The notes: generated by a model not told the origin, from the letters alone. DNA of 64,000 bases from Candidatus Woesebacteria bacterium (GCA_021208605.1 JAJOJK010000018.1:4780-68779), one strand, 5' to 3'; shown: positions 9,495 to 19,366, numbered from the stretch's first letter. Numbers and translations are program-made.

Positions 9495-10268
9495 TTATTC
9501 AGATTTCTCGTCAGCAGCTTTTTCTTCTTTTTTAGTAGACTTTTTAGCAGCTGGCTTCTTTTCAGTTTTCTCTTCAGCGGGAGCAGCTTTTTCTTCTGCT
9601 TTGGCAGCTTTTTTCGCCTTTGGAGCTTCAGCTTTGGCAGACTCAGCTTTTTGAGCGGTCTTCTTGGCTGGTTTCTTCTCGGCTTTTTCAGCTTTCTTCG
9701 ATTTCTCGTCGGCGTCGGCCTTAGCCTTCGCTTCACGTTGCATCTCTTTTTCTTTTTCTTTGAGTTCGCGCTCTTCTTCGGCGACAGACTTCAAAGTCAT
9801 TCCGCGGAGCTCTACTATATCACGAATTTGACGTAATGCCTCAAACGTAGCGTAGACGTTGGAAGCTTTGTTGTTGGTTCCGAGAATCTTCGCTGAAATA
9901 TCACGAATACCAGCAGCTTCCACAACAGCACGCACTGGACCACCGGCGATAACACCAGATCCACGTGGGGCTGGGTTCAAGATGATACGAGCAGCACCGT
10001 GCTTTACCTCAATAGGGAAAGGAATAGTGGTTCCATCCATAGGAACGGTAAACATCTTTTTGCGAGCGCGACGAACACCTTTTTTGATAGAAGCCAGAAC
10101 ATCTGGAGCTTTACCGAGGGCAACACCAACTTGGCCTTTACGGTCACCAACCACCATTAAAACGGAGAAACCAATTTTGTTTCCACCTTTGGTCTTCTTG
10201 GAGACACGGCTTACTTGCACGACCTTCTCGTCGAATTCCCGCTGATTGCGTTGATCATTATCTCTCAT
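9495..10268 (-). CDS. rpsE: 30S ribosomal protein S5 with long Lys/Ala/Glu-rich tail
   Basis: RVSKKTKGG, VVGDRKG, PAPRGSGVIAGG; about 90-aa C-terminal extension. Confidence 0.98.
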   Translation of the reverse strand: MRDNDQRNQREFDEKVVQVSRVSKKTKGGNKIGFSVLMVVGDRKGQVGVALGKAPDVLASIKKGVRRARKKMFTVPMDGTTIPFPIEVKHGAARIILNPAPRGSGVIAGGPVRAVVEAAGIRDISAKILGTNNKASNVYATFEALRQIRDIVELRGMTLKSVAEEERELKEKEKEMQREAKAKADADEKSKKAEKAEKKPAKKTAQKAESAKAEAPKAKKAAKAEEKAAPAEEKTEKKPAAKKSTKKEEKAADEKSE

Positions 10269-10336
10269 ATGTTTATCTAAAAGGATTTTCCTTCAAAGTG
10301 AAACCCGTAGGGAAGGTGAATCCTTTTTCCTTATAG
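10269..10336 (-). promoter_or_regulatory. Conserved hairpin leader element (copy before rpsE)
   Basis: mRNA: TAAGG A [AAAAGGATT CA CCTTC CC-TACG-GG TTTCACTTT GAAGG AA AATCCTTTT] AGATAAACAT ATG. Confidence 0.85.
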
Positions 10337-10342
10337 TTCTTT

Positions 10343-10696
10343 CTACAGTTCAATTCCTTGTTCACGGATGGTGTCAGCGACAGCTTTAACGCGGCCGTGG
10401 TAACGGTAGTATCCGCGGTCGAAAGTGACTTGCTTAACACCAGCTTGTTTGAGTTGCTCAGCAACTTGCTCAGCGGCAGCTTGAGCGCGTTCCGTCTTCG
10501 TGCCTTTGGCACCTTTGTCATAGGCGGAAGCAACGGTCAGGCTCTTGTCATCATCAATAGCTTGGATGAAGACGTGTTGATTAGAACGATAAATGGACAA
10601 ACGTGGTCGTTCGGCCGTTCCATGCAGTTTGCTGCGCACGCGGCGAGCGCGGCGAAGGCGTTGCTTTTGCAGTGCTTTTTGTTGATTACGTGTCAT
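10343..10696 (-). CDS. rplR: 50S ribosomal protein L18
   Basis: RPRLSIYRSNQH, FDRGYYRYHGRV. Confidence 0.97.
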   Translation of the reverse strand: MTRNQQKALQKQRLRRARRVRSKLHGTAERPRLSIYRSNQHVFIQAIDDDKSLTVASAYDKGAKGTKTERAQAAAEQVAEQLKQAGVKQVTFDRGYYRYHGRVKAVADTIREQGIEL

Positions 10697-10718
10697 AGTT
10701 TCCTTTTCGTCTCACTGA

Positions 10719-11270
10719 TTAGGCAGCTTTAGCGAGTGTCTTTCCTTGCTTACGACGAACTTCTTCATCTTCGTAACGAATGCCTTTACCCTTGTAAGGC
10801 TCTGGCGGACGGACTTTGCGAATGTTAGCCGCAACTTGACCAACCATGTGCTTGTCAATACCAGAGACAATAATGGTGTCGTTGCCTTCCACTCCAAAAG
10901 TAATACCTTCAACAGCATCAACTTCCACTGGGTGGGAGAATCCAACGGTCAAAGTCAGACCTTGTCCACGTTGGGCCACACGATAACCGGTACCCACGAG
11001 TTTCAAACGCTTGGTAAATCCATTGGTAACGCCTTCGACCATGTTGTTCAGCAAGCTGCGGATCAAACCGAGGTTCATGCGAGTTTGCTTAGCGTTTGGT
11101 TGTTTGGTAGCGACAACAACAGCTTCAGATTCGTTCACCTCAATAGAGATGTTGTGCACGAAGTCTTGGTGCAGTTCACCTTTGGGTCCTGTAACGGTGA
11201 AACCGGAATCAGTGACGGTTACGGTGACACCACTTGGGATGCTAACTGGTTTCTTTCCAATTTTCGACAT
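10719..11270 (-). CDS. rplF: 50S ribosomal protein L6
   Basis: MSKIGKKPV, GPKGEL, RPPEPYKGKGIRY. Confidence 0.98.
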   Translation of the reverse strand: MSKIGKKPVSIPSGVTVTVTDSGFTVTGPKGELHQDFVHNISIEVNESEAVVVATKQPNAKQTRMNLGLIRSLLNNMVEGVTNGFTKRLKLVGTGYRVAQRGQGLTLTVGFSHPVEVDAVEGITFGVEGNDTIIVSGIDKHMVGQVAANIRKVRPPEPYKGKGIRYEDEEVRRKQGKTLAKAA

Positions 11271-11277
11271 AGTTTCC

Positions 11278-11667
11278 TTACCAAACCTGGAAGAGTATCT
11301 CGCCACCAATTTTCTTTTGGCGAGCTTCTTTATCGGACATTACACCTTGTGAAGTAGACACCACGGCAGTACCGTATCCACCCAAAACCTGGGGGAGTTG
11401 GTCAGCAGAGCGGTAGATGCGGCGTCCAGGTTTAGACACCCGCTTTACGTCTACGACAGCTGGCTTTCCATTGATGTATCGCAAGTCAATGTTCAAGACA
11501 TCTTGTGGTTGTTGGGCTTCACGAGCGTAGCTGCTCACGTAACCACCTTCAACGAGAATTTTTACAATGTTCTCGCGAAGTTTGGACGCGGGCATAACCA
11601 CGGTCTTGTGTTTTGCCATGTACGCATTTTTAATGCGAATAATCAGATCTGCTACAGTATCAGTCAT
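11278..11667 (-). CDS. rpsH: 30S ribosomal protein S8
   Basis: DLIIRIKNA, RVSKPGRRIY, STSQGVM, GGEIL. Confidence 0.98.
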   Translation of the reverse strand: MTDTVADLIIRIKNAYMAKHKTVVMPASKLRENIVKILVEGGYVSSYAREAQQPQDVLNIDLRYINGKPAVVDVKRVSKPGRRIYRSADQLPQVLGGYGTAVVSTSQGVMSDKEARQKKIGGEILFQVW

Positions 11668-11674
11668 ATTTTCC

Positions 11675-11860
11675 TCAGAAGCTCGATTTTACCACACCGG
11701 GTAATTCACCTTTATGGGCCAACTCGCGGAAACACAAACGACACAGACCGAACTGACGCATGTATGCGTGCGGACGGCCACAAAGTGAACAACGGTTCAC
11801 ACCACGCGTCGAGTGGTCGGCGAGTCTTTTAGATTTAGCGATTTTCGATTTTTTAGCCAT
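11675..11860 (-). CDS. rpsZ: 30S ribosomal protein S14 type Z
   Basis: 61 aa, RCSLCGR..CRLCFRE..GELPGV. Confidence 0.97.
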   Translation of the reverse strand: MAKKSKIAKSKRLADHSTRGVNRCSLCGRPHAYMRQFGLCRLCFRELAHKGELPGVVKSSF

Positions 11861-11888
11861 ATACTCTGTATGTACCTTATTGCGTTAT

Positions 11889-12437
11889 TTATTCTTCTTT
11901 TGCGAACGGCATGCCGAGGGCTTCCAAGAGAGCGAAAGATTCTTCTTGTCCAGAAGAGTTTTCCACCGTCATGGTGATTTGCAGACCACGGACACGATCA
12001 ATTTTATCGTAATCGATTTCCGGGAACACAATCTGTTCACGGAGACCAAGGCTGTAGTTACCAACTTGGTCGAAAGCAGTGCGAGACACACCACTAAAGT
12101 CTTTCAGCTGTGGCAGGACCACAGTGACCAACTTGTCGAAGAAGGCCCACATGCGCTCACCACGTAAAGTGACGGCGACACCCACTGGGTCTCCAGCACG
12201 GATTTTGAATCCCGCAATAGAAACACGAACTTGGGTAGGTTGGGGCTTCTGACCAGTAATAGCAGCAATCTGCTCCACAACTGGCTCGACTGCCTTTTCA
12301 CCTTGGGGTTCAGTACCAATACCAACGTTCACCACAATTTTGGTGAGTTTGGCGACAGCCAAGGCGTTCTCTTTGCCGAATTTCTCCTGCAAGAGAGCCA
12401 CGACTTTGTCTTGGTAGAGTTGTTTCTTACGGTTCAT
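11889..12437 (-). CDS. rplE: 50S ribosomal protein L5
   Basis: KIVVNVGIG, ITGQKP, FKIR, EQIVFPEI. Confidence 0.98.
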   Translation of the reverse strand: MNRKKQLYQDKVVALLQEKFGKENALAVAKLTKIVVNVGIGTEPQGEKAVEPVVEQIAAITGQKPQPTQVRVSIAGFKIRAGDPVGVAVTLRGERMWAFFDKLVTVVLPQLKDFSGVSRTAFDQVGNYSLGLREQIVFPEIDYDKIDRVRGLQITMTVENSSGQEESFALLEALGMPFAKEE

Positions 12438-12439
12438 GT

Positions 12440-12748
12440 TTACTCAATCTTTTTGCCTGTTTTCTTAAAGACGCGAACTTTGGTGCCATCTTTTTCGATT
12501 TGGTACCCAATACGGTCCGCTTGTTTGGTCGCTTCGTTCCAGATCGCCACTTTGGCGGTTGGAAGAGCGCGTTCTTTGCGTTCACGACGACCAGCTTGAC
12601 CCATCATCGGCTTGAAGTTGCGAGTGTACATATTAGCACCCTGCACAACCACAGTCTCTGCCTCTGGATTCACCTTCAGGATTTGACCCTGGTGTCCTTT
12701 GTCTTTACCGCTGGTTACAATGACTTTGTCACCGACTTTGAACTTCAT
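12440..12748 (-). CDS. rplX: 50S ribosomal protein L24
   Basis: KOW motif GDKVIVTSGKDKG. Confidence 0.97.
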   Translation of the reverse strand: MKFKVGDKVIVTSGKDKGHQGQILKVNPEAETVVVQGANMYTRNFKPMMGQAGRRERKERALPTAKVAIWNEATKQADRIGYQIEKDGTKVRVFKKTGKKIE

Positions 12749-12756
12749 AGTTGTCC

Positions 12757-13131
12757 TTATAATACCTCTGGCGCGAGAGACGCTATTTTAGCATATCCGG
12801 CGTCTTTTACCTCACGGGCAATTGGTCCGAAGACACGCGTGCCCTTTGGCTTTTTGTTTTCCATATCTTCAAGCACTACAGCAGCGTTATCGTCAAAGCG
12901 AACGTAGCTCCCATCAGCACGGCGAACTTCTTTTTTAACGCGGACAATAACGGCTTTCACCATTGTGCCCTTTTTCAGTTCGGCGTTTGGTTGAGCTGAG
13001 ATGACTGAAGCGGTAACTACATCTCCGAGTGATCCAGTCGGACGACGGGAACCGCCGTGCACGTTGATCAAGCGGAGTCTGCGTGCTCCAGAGTTATCAG
13101 CGACTTGTAAAACTGTTCTCAGCTGTACCAT
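12757..13131 (-). CDS. rplN: 50S ribosomal protein L14
   Basis: VADNSGA, FDDNAAV, GTRVFGP, SLAPEVL. Confidence 0.98.
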   Translation of the reverse strand: MVQLRTVLQVADNSGARRLRLINVHGGSRRPTGSLGDVVTASVISAQPNAELKKGTMVKAVIVRVKKEVRRADGSYVRFDDNAAVVLEDMENKKPKGTRVFGPIAREVKDAGYAKIASLAPEVL

Positions 13132-13149
13132 GTTGACTCTCTTATTCTA

Positions 13150-13389
13150 TTATTCCATCTTTTCAGTAACGACAAAGCGTTTGGTTTTGCTGATTGGTTG
13201 GCTCTCAGTCATGACAACTACGTTGCCGGCTTCAAGTTCCATACCGTCAGCGACATGTGCCAAGTAGTTCTTGGTGCGCTTCACGTATTTTTTGTAAATT
13301 GGGTGCTGCCAGTTGCGCTCGACGACGACTTTCACAGTCTTGTTGTCGATGACGTTGACTACAGTTCCCTGGATTGTTTTCTTTGCCAT
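13150..13389 (-). CDS. rpsQ: 30S ribosomal protein S17
   Basis: HPIYKKYVKRTK, PISKTKRF. Confidence 0.97.
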   Translation of the reverse strand: MAKKTIQGTVVNVIDNKTVKVVVERNWQHPIYKKYVKRTKNYLAHVADGMELEAGNVVVMTESQPISKTKRFVVTEKME

Positions 13390-13398
13390 GTTGTCCTC

Positions 13399-13632
13399 TT
13401 ATACCTGTTCTTCAGTAGCTTGAGCAGCTTCTTTTTCACGACTGCTCATTTCAGCTTTGATCATTTTGATTGTTTGCTGAGTTTTGTAGGCCGCTCTGAC
13501 ATCAACTTCAGTACGATCCTGAAGACGTCGTTCTTGACGAGCACGAATGAGCGTTCCTTGTAGTTCACGGAGACGTTTCTGCAGCTCTTCAGTTGAAAGG
13601 GCTAACAGTTCCTGTTTCTGATCGCGCTTCAT
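13399..13632 (-). CDS. rpmC: 50S ribosomal protein L29
   Basis: Helical 77 aa, LSTEELQKRL; located between rplP and rpsQ. Confidence 0.88.
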   Translation of the reverse strand: MKRDQKQELLALSTEELQKRLRELQGTLIRARQERRLQDRTEVDVRAAYKTQQTIKMIKAEMSSREKEAAQATEEQV

Positions 13633-14045
13633 GCTTCCTCACCTTTTTTCACAAACTTTGTTTTCATTGGGATCTTATGACCAGCTTTGCGGAAGGCTTC
13701 ACGTGCCACCGTTTCTGGGACCCCAGCCAGCTCGAAAAGCACATGACCTGGCTTAATTTTGACGACGTATTCCTTAATATCACCTTTACCAGAACCCATT
13801 TTCACACCTTGTGCTTTTTGAGTCACAGGATGATCTGGGAACACACGAATCCAGAGTTTACCCATACGCTTGGTCGAACGAGCGAGCACTTTACGGGTAG
13901 CTTCAATCTGACGAGCAGAGAATTCACCGCGGTCAGTGGCTTGCAAACCAAACTCACCGAAATCAACGGAGTTACCACGTTGGGCTGTACCACGGTTCTT
14001 GCCGCGGAACATCTTTCGATATTTGGTTTTCTTTGGTTGTAACAT
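13629..14045 (-). CDS. rplP: 50S ribosomal protein L16
   Basis: MLQPKKTKYRK, WIRVFPD, MGSGKG. Confidence 0.98.
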   Translation of the reverse strand: MLQPKKTKYRKMFRGKNRGTAQRGNSVDFGEFGLQATDRGEFSARQIEATRKVLARSTKRMGKLWIRVFPDHPVTQKAQGVKMGSGKGDIKEYVVKIKPGHVLFELAGVPETVAREAFRKAGHKIPMKTKFVKKGEEA

Positions 14046-14068
14046 AGCTTCCTTTGTCGTTCCGTAAC

Positions 14069-14734
14069 TTACTTGGTTTCAGCCTCGACTTCACCCTTGT
14101 TGACCCAAACCTTAATACCAACGGTACCAGATTTGGTGTGAGCCGGAGATTCGTAGTAATCAATGTTGGCGCGAATGGTTTGGGTTGGGATCGTACCTTC
14201 GTGGTATTTCTCACGACGACCAATTTCCGCACCACCGATACGACCTGAGAGCTGGATTTTGATACCCTTCGCACCAGCGTTCATAGCGCGCTCAATTGCT
14301 TGAGACACAGCACGGCGGTGTGGGTAACGCTTCGAAAGTTGGTCAGCAATACGCTCCACCACAAACTTGGCAGAAGTATCTGGGTTTTTGACCTCGACGA
14401 TTTCGTCGATGGAAACTTTCATTCCCTTTGGATCGTTTGGATTTATTTTCAAGAGCTTAGCAAGATTTTTCTTCAGGAGTTCAAGATTAGAACCACCACG
14501 ACCAATCACCACACCCGGACGAGTCACGTGCAGACGAATCTTAATCACGTTGATCGAACGCTCAATCTCAATGGTATCGAGACCCGCGTTAGACAAGTTC
14601 GCGCGGAAAAAATCGCGAATCTTCTTGTCTTCGAGCACACGTTTGGCGTAGTCGCTCGAGTTAGCGTACCAGGTAGACTTCCAAGAGAAAGTGTTGCCAA
14701 TACGGAAACCGGTTGGATTAATCTTCTGTCCCAT
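14069..14734 (-). CDS. rpsC: 30S ribosomal protein S3
   Basis: MGQKINPTGFRIG, KH domain RPGVVIGRGG, SGRIGGAEI. Confidence 0.98.
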   Translation of the reverse strand: MGQKINPTGFRIGNTFSWKSTWYANSSDYAKRVLEDKKIRDFFRANLSNAGLDTIEIERSINVIKIRLHVTRPGVVIGRGGSNLELLKKNLAKLLKINPNDPKGMKVSIDEIVEVKNPDTSAKFVVERIADQLSKRYPHRRAVSQAIERAMNAGAKGIKIQLSGRIGGAEIGRREKYHEGTIPTQTIRANIDYYESPAHTKSGTVGIKVWVNKGEVEAETK

Positions 14735-14830
14735 ATATATCTAAAAGGTCTGTTCTTCAGCGCGGAGTCCAGGGGGGAGGGTGATACCTTTCCCGGTATT
14801 GGACCTCGTGCGAGGGTGTCCTTTTCCTTA
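14735..14830 (-). promoter_or_regulatory. Conserved leader element (long, more diverged copy before rpsC)
   Basis: mRNA: TAAGG AAAAGGACACCCTCGCACGAGGTCC..AAAGGTATCACCCTC..GCTGAAGAACAGACCTTTT AGATATAT ATG; aligns over about 95 nt with the rpsJ leader. Confidence 0.8.
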
Positions 14831-15448
14831 TTCTGTTTTCTTTGTGTCTTTCTTGCTTGACTTTTTAGCAGTGGTCTTCTTTTTGGCAGGAGACTTTGTT
14901 TCAGCTTTTTTGGCTGCTGTCTTCTTGGTGGTAGACTTTTTCGTTGTTTCTTTTTTAGCGGCTGCTTTCTCAGAAGACTTGGAAGACTTCTTTACCGCTT
15001 TCTTTTCAGCAGTTTTGGTTTCTGCTTTTTCTGCTGCTGGAGCATCAGAGGCACTGGCCTCAGCGGCTTTTTCGGCCTTAGCTGGCTTTGCAGCAGCTTT
15101 TGGAGCGGCAGCTTCTTCAACGTGGAGCTCAACCAAAACGTGAGAGGTTTTCTTCTCATACGGTTTGGCGCGACCACGGGAGCCAGCGCGGAAACGCTTG
15201 TACGTTGGACCCTCATTGATCATAAGAGATTTGAGAGACAACTGTGTTTCGTTGTAGCCCATGTTGTTCACGGCGTTGGCGACGGCTTGACGAATCGTTT
15301 CATTAATGACGCGTGCACCACGTTTGTTGAGGTTCGTCAAAATTTCGTTGATCTCTGGCAGTTCACGACCGCGAACGAGATCAGCCACCGCACGCAGTTT
15401 GCGTGGAGTTTGTCGAACGTATTTCTGTATTGCTCGTACTGTTGCCAT
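14828..15448 (-). CDS. rplV: 50S ribosomal protein L22 with histone-like Lys/Ala tail
   Basis: RQTPRKLRAVAD, AVANA, EGPTYKRFR..GRA; about 95-aa KKT/AAK-rich extension. Confidence 0.97.
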   Translation of the reverse strand: MATVRAIQKYVRQTPRKLRAVADLVRGRELPEINEILTNLNKRGARVINETIRQAVANAVNNMGYNETQLSLKSLMINEGPTYKRFRAGSRGRAKPYEKKTSHVLVELHVEEAAAPKAAAKPAKAEKAAEASASDAPAAEKAETKTAEKKAVKKSSKSSEKAAAKKETTKKSTTKKTAAKKAETKSPAKKKTTAKKSSKKDTKKTE

Positions 15449-15458
15449 AGATTCCTTA

Positions 15459-15743
15459 TTATGTCTTCGTCAGGAGACGTTTCACAACCTTACCGTGACC
15501 GTGGAAGGTACGAGAAGGAGCGAACTCACCAAGACGGTGTCCTACCATTTCTTCACCAACATAGACTTCAATAAACTTACGACCGTTGTGCACCAAGAAC
15601 GTGTGTCCCACGAATTCTGGAGCAATCTGTGATTGACGGGCCCAAGTCTTGATTGGTTGCTTGCTGTCGCTGGCTTTTTGTGCCATGACTTTTTGCAGCA
15701 ACTTCTCGTCTACGTATGGTCCTTTTTTTGCACTTCGTGACAT
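15459..15743 (-). CDS. rpsS: 30S ribosomal protein S19
   Basis: [27 protein letters not shown]. Confidence 0.98.
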   Translation of the reverse strand: MSRSAKKGPYVDEKLLQKVMAQKASDSKQPIKTWARQSQIAPEFVGHTFLVHNGRKFIEVYVGEEMVGHRLGEFAPSRTFHGHGKVVKRLLTKT

Positions 15744-15771
15744 ATGTCTGTTTCCTTACTTCTCTTCGACG

Positions 15772-16605
15772 TTAGATCTTCTTGCGACGGTCTTTTACGA
15801 TGTACTTGTCAGAGTACTTCTTCTGCTTACGGGTCTTCTTACCCAAAGCTGGTTTACCCCAAGGAGTCTTCGGATGCTTCATACCAACACCGCTGCGGCC
15901 TTCACCACCACCATGTGGGTGAGCACCTGGGTGCATAGCTGTACCGCGCACACTTGGGCGAATACCAAGATGACGCTTGCGACCAGCTTTTCCGAGTTTC
16001 TGGTTTTTGTGGTCAGCGTTTCCGACTTCACCAATAGTAGCCATACCGTCTACAGGAACCATGCGGATCTCTTTAGACGGAAGCTGAATTGTAGCATATT
16101 TTTCGTCTTTTGCCTGGATCAAAGCGGCTGTGCCAGCTCCACGAACCATCTGAGCACCCTTACCAGGACGCAGTTCAATGTTGTGAATAGGCATACCAAC
16201 TGGAATATTACGCAGTGGCAAAGCATTTCCCATGGCCAGCTCAGCTTCAGGACCAGATTGGATCATTTGACCCACTTCTAAACCCTTCGGAGCCAAAATG
16301 TAGCGCTTTTCACCATCAACATAGTTGATTAAAGCAATGTTAGCGTTACGGTTTGGATCGTACTCGATTTGAGCCACTTTACCGGAAATGCCGAATTTCT
16401 CGCGCTTCCAGTCAATCATGCGGTATTTGCGCTTGGCACCACCACCACGATGACGGACAGTAATTTTACCCTGGTTATTGCGACCATTGCGACGACGAGT
16501 TCCTTTGGTAGTCAAACCCTTGACTGGGTTGTTTTCCGCCAAATTCTGCTTGTTGTCAACTCGGTTACGAGTTCCTGGTGAGGTTGGTTTCGTCTTTTTC
16601 AACAT
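15772..16605 (-). CDS. rplB: 50S ribosomal protein L2
   Basis: [30 protein letters not shown]. Confidence 0.99.
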   Translation of the reverse strand: MLKKTKPTSPGTRNRVDNKQNLAENNPVKGLTTKGTRRRNGRNNQGKITVRHRGGGAKRKYRMIDWKREKFGISGKVAQIEYDPNRNANIALINYVDGEKRYILAPKGLEVGQMIQSGPEAELAMGNALPLRNIPVGMPIHNIELRPGKGAQMVRGAGTAALIQAKDEKYATIQLPSKEIRMVPVDGMATIGEVGNADHKNQKLGKAGRKRHLGIRPSVRGTAMHPGAHPHGGGEGRSGVGMKHPKTPWGKPALGKKTRKQKKYSDKYIVKDRRKKI

Positions 16606-16613
16606 ATGAGTCC

Positions 16614-16904
16614 TTAGAGATCAAATAATTCAATCTTTTCACCTTCTGGCAGTACGATAATAGCCTTTTTACGATCAGCTTGCTTGGCTGGACGACGCTT
16701 CGAACCGGTGCGACGCACTTTACCAGGCACAGTAATAGTCTTGATGTCTTGAACATTCACACCAAAACCAGCTTCAATAGCTTTTTTGATTTCCAGCTTG
16801 TCAGCAGAGGGAGCCACGTAGAAGGTAAAAGAATTTTCTTCTTTCGCCATGCGCAGAGACTTTTCTGTGATAACCGGAGCAATAATGACGTATGGATTTA
16901 TCAT
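16614..16904 (-). CDS. rplW: 50S ribosomal protein L23
   Basis: [21 protein letters not shown]. Confidence 0.97.
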   Translation of the reverse strand: MINPYVIIAPVITEKSLRMAKEENSFTFYVAPSADKLEIKKAIEAGFGVNVQDIKTITVPGKVRRTGSKRRPAKQADRKKAIIVLPEGEKIELFDL

Positions 16905-17548
16905 GCTGAGGCCTTGTCTTTGTTATTGAGTAAGCGAGCTTCCAAACGATCCAAAGCTGGTTGCATAACCACGATGGTGTCAGCTTGTGCTACTTCGAGA
17001 GCATTCAAACGATCAGCGCGAGTGATAGAAACATTCGCCACGTTGGAGAAAGCATTCACCACATTTTCACGAGACTCATCGATGACGAGTAACACTTTTT
17101 GGTTGGCTTCTGCAACCTGAGCGATAAATGCCGCTGCATCTTTTGTTTTTGCGGTAATGGTATCGAGATCAGTGACCACACTGACAGCATCACGTACTGC
17201 TTGCATTGTTAAAGCATAGACAGTCGCTTTGCGAGCCATTTTGGTGGGGAGAGATTTCTTCCAGTTTTCAAAACCAGTCGGACCATGAGCAATACCACCA
17301 CCAACAAAGATCGGAGCGGTCTTCGCACCGTGACGGGCATTACCGGTACCTTTTTGGCGATAGATTTTTGCACCTGTGTGACGAACTTCACCACGACGGA
17401 GCGTGCTCGCGCCACCTTGGCGTTGGTTGGAACGGTACACATGGACTGCTTGAGTGACCAATTCTGGTTTTACGTCAGCATTGAACAGCTCATCAGAGAC
17501 AGTGATAGTGGTTGACTTCCCATCGAGGGAATATTTCTTCAGTTTCAT
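16901..17548 (-). CDS. rplD: 50S ribosomal protein L4
   Basis: RQKGTGNARHG, GGGIAHGP. Confidence 0.97.
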   Translation of the reverse strand: MKLKKYSLDGKSTTITVSDELFNADVKPELVTQAVHVYRSNQRQGGASTLRRGEVRHTGAKIYRQKGTGNARHGAKTAPIFVGGGIAHGPTGFENWKKSLPTKMARKATVYALTMQAVRDAVSVVTDLDTITAKTKDAAAFIAQVAEANQKVLLVIDESRENVVNAFSNVANVSITRADRLNALEVAQADTIVVMQPALDRLEARLLNNKDKASA

Positions 17549-18270
17549 GCTTGGGTCTCCTCAGTCGAGTCTTCGGTGGCAGCAACTTCGGCAGCGTTTA
17601 CGCCTAGTTCAGCCTTACTGAAATCATTCAAAGCAATGTCTTTGCCAGCGCCTTGCTTACGCAGCGTGACGATGGTGTTGTAAGCTCCAGGGATAGTACC
17701 CTTCACCCAGATGACTTGTTCGCTTGGATTGACCGCAACTACACTCACATTTTCGAGTGTAACGGTGTCGCCACCGGAACGACCAGCCATCTTTTTACCA
17801 GGCCAGACACGACCTGGAGTGGTACCGGCACCAATGGAACCAGGGGCACGTTGACGATCAGATTGACCATGGGTCTTCGGACCACCGGCAAACCCCCAAC
17901 GTTTGACCACACCAGTAAAGCCTTTGCCTTTGCTCGTAGCGGTCACCTTGACGGTATCACCAGCTTGTACCACTTCTTCTGCTAACAAAATGCGACCGGG
18001 ATTCAGTTCTTCGGTCGCGGTGGTTTCCAAAAAGACACGTTTGCCGGCTTCAATCTTCGCAGCAGCGAGCTGAGCTTGTTGAGCCTTAGCCATGTTGTGC
18101 ATCTTCTTGTCACCAAAAGCGATCTGCACTTGTGTGCTATCATCTTCTTGCGACACAGTGCGCACTACTACGTTACCGCCAATATACAACTTGGTTACGA
18201 CCAAGCGGGTACCGTTTTCGGTCCAAACTTGACGCATATCTTTCTTCTGAGCCAATACTGTGTCTACCAT
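17545..18270 (-). CDS. rplC: 50S ribosomal protein L3
   Basis: SKGKGFTGVVKRWGF, THG, RAPGSIG, GKKMAG. Confidence 0.97.
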   Translation of the reverse strand: MVDTVLAQKKDMRQVWTENGTRLVVTKLYIGGNVVVRTVSQEDDSTQVQIAFGDKKMHNMAKAQQAQLAAAKIEAGKRVFLETTATEELNPGRILLAEEVVQAGDTVKVTATSKGKGFTGVVKRWGFAGGPKTHGQSDRQRAPGSIGAGTTPGRVWPGKKMAGRSGGDTVTLENVSVVAVNPSEQVIWVKGTIPGAYNTIVTLRKQGAGKDIALNDFSKAELGVNAAEVAATEDSTEETQA

Positions 18271-18293
18271 GTTTTCCTTAGTGTCGAAGTTAC

Positions 18294-18623
18294 TTAGTTC
18301 TTGATCTGAATTCCCACACCAGCGGGAAGCTCCAGATGCATTAAAGAATCAATTGTTTTGTTGGTTGGGTTAACGATGTCTAAAACACGAATGTGTGTAC
18401 GCATCTCAAAGTGCTCACGAGAGTCTTTGTCAGTGTGAGGAGATCGCAACACAGTGAAACGTTTTTTCTGTGTCGGCATTGGAATCGGACCGATTAAATC
18501 AGCGCCGCTCGCCAATACGCTCTGCATGATCTTACGTACGGCTTCATCGAGAATACGATGATCGAACGCTTTCAAACGAACGCGAATTTTATTTGCTGAG
18601 TCTTGTTTCGTGTTTTTAGCCAT
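18294..18623 (-). CDS. rpsJ: 30S ribosomal protein S10
   Basis: [34 protein letters not shown]. Confidence 0.98.
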   Translation of the reverse strand: MAKNTKQDSANKIRVRLKAFDHRILDEAVRKIMQSVLASGADLIGPIPMPTQKKRFTVLRSPHTDKDSREHFEMRTHIRVLDIVNPTNKTIDSLMHLELPAGVGIQIKN

Positions 18624-18720
18624 ATATACCTAAAAGGTCTGATCTTCAGCGTGAAACCCACAGGGAAGGTCAGACCTTTTTCCTTACAGGGCCTCAAGAG
18701 AGGATGTTCCTTTTCCTTTG
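18624..18720 (-). promoter_or_regulatory. Conserved hairpin leader element (copy in the rpsJ 5' UTR)
   Basis: mRNA: GGAAAAGGAACATCCTCTCTTGAGG..TAAGG A [AAAAGGTCTGACCTTC CC-TGTG-GG TTTCACGCT GAAGATCAGACCTTTT] AGGTATAT ATG; 15 of 16 bp paired. Confidence 0.85.
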
Positions 18721-18738
18721 TCATTTTGACAGACTGTG

Positions 18739-18767
18739 ATTATAACGCATACCTGGCTTTCTGCCAA
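18739..18767 (-). promoter_or_regulatory. Sigma70 promoter of the S10 operon
   Basis: TTGGCA-17 bp-TATAAT on the minus strand. Confidence 0.75.
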
Positions 18768-18787
18768 GGGGAAATGGGAGGAGATTG

Positions 18788-18865
18788 GGAAGGTTACCTT
18801 CCTTTTCAGTTTTCTCTGGAAAGGTTACCTTAAGGGAACCTTTCCAGATGTAGTTAAAGAGTAAG
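18788..18865. repeat. REP-like palindromic repeat, left copy flanking the transposase
   Basis: GGAAGGTTACCTTCC and hairpin TCTGGAAAGGTTACCTTAAGGGAACCTTTCCAGA followed by tGTAGTTAAA. Confidence 0.8.
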
Positions 18866-18885
18866 GCTCCCCTTCCCTATTTCAA

Positions 18886-19322
18886 CTAAATTTTATACCC
18901 AAAGTGTTTCCAATTAAGTAAGCCCATTTCAATGTGGTTTCTCAAAATATACTTGTCTAATCGCATTTCCTCTTCTTTTTTTTCGATATTAGCGTAGCTT
19001 TATATGGTGTTTCAAAAACGCGACCTGAGCCACCATGTCGCCCTCGATAATACTTCCCAAAAGCTGTCATTACACTTCTCATAAGATGTTCCATGTCTCT
19101 CGAGTTTTCTTGCCATACTTTTAAGTGAAAATGATTTGGAAGAATATTAAAGGGTGATATCATAATTACCCCAGACATTTTTTTCATTTTCAGTCTTGCA
19201 ATTCTTCGAAAAACCCAAAAATCAGTGTCATCTTGAAATACGATAGATCCTGCGGCACCTCTGTTATACACGTGATAGACAGCGTTTTCATAGTATTCCT
19301 TATCAACATTTTTTTGCGGCAT
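18886..19322 (-). mobile_element. RAYT/IS200-family HUH (Y1) transposase, split by a -1 frameshift
   Basis: YHVYNRG, HUH motif LPNHFHL, GRVFE.PYKA; the Tyr segment KYILRNH lies in the -1 frame after the A8 run at 18976-18983; low GC; flanked by direct repeats. Confidence 0.85.
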
Positions 19323-19366
19323 ACAGGAAATATCTCAAATAAATTGAACAGAAAAAGAACAATTTT

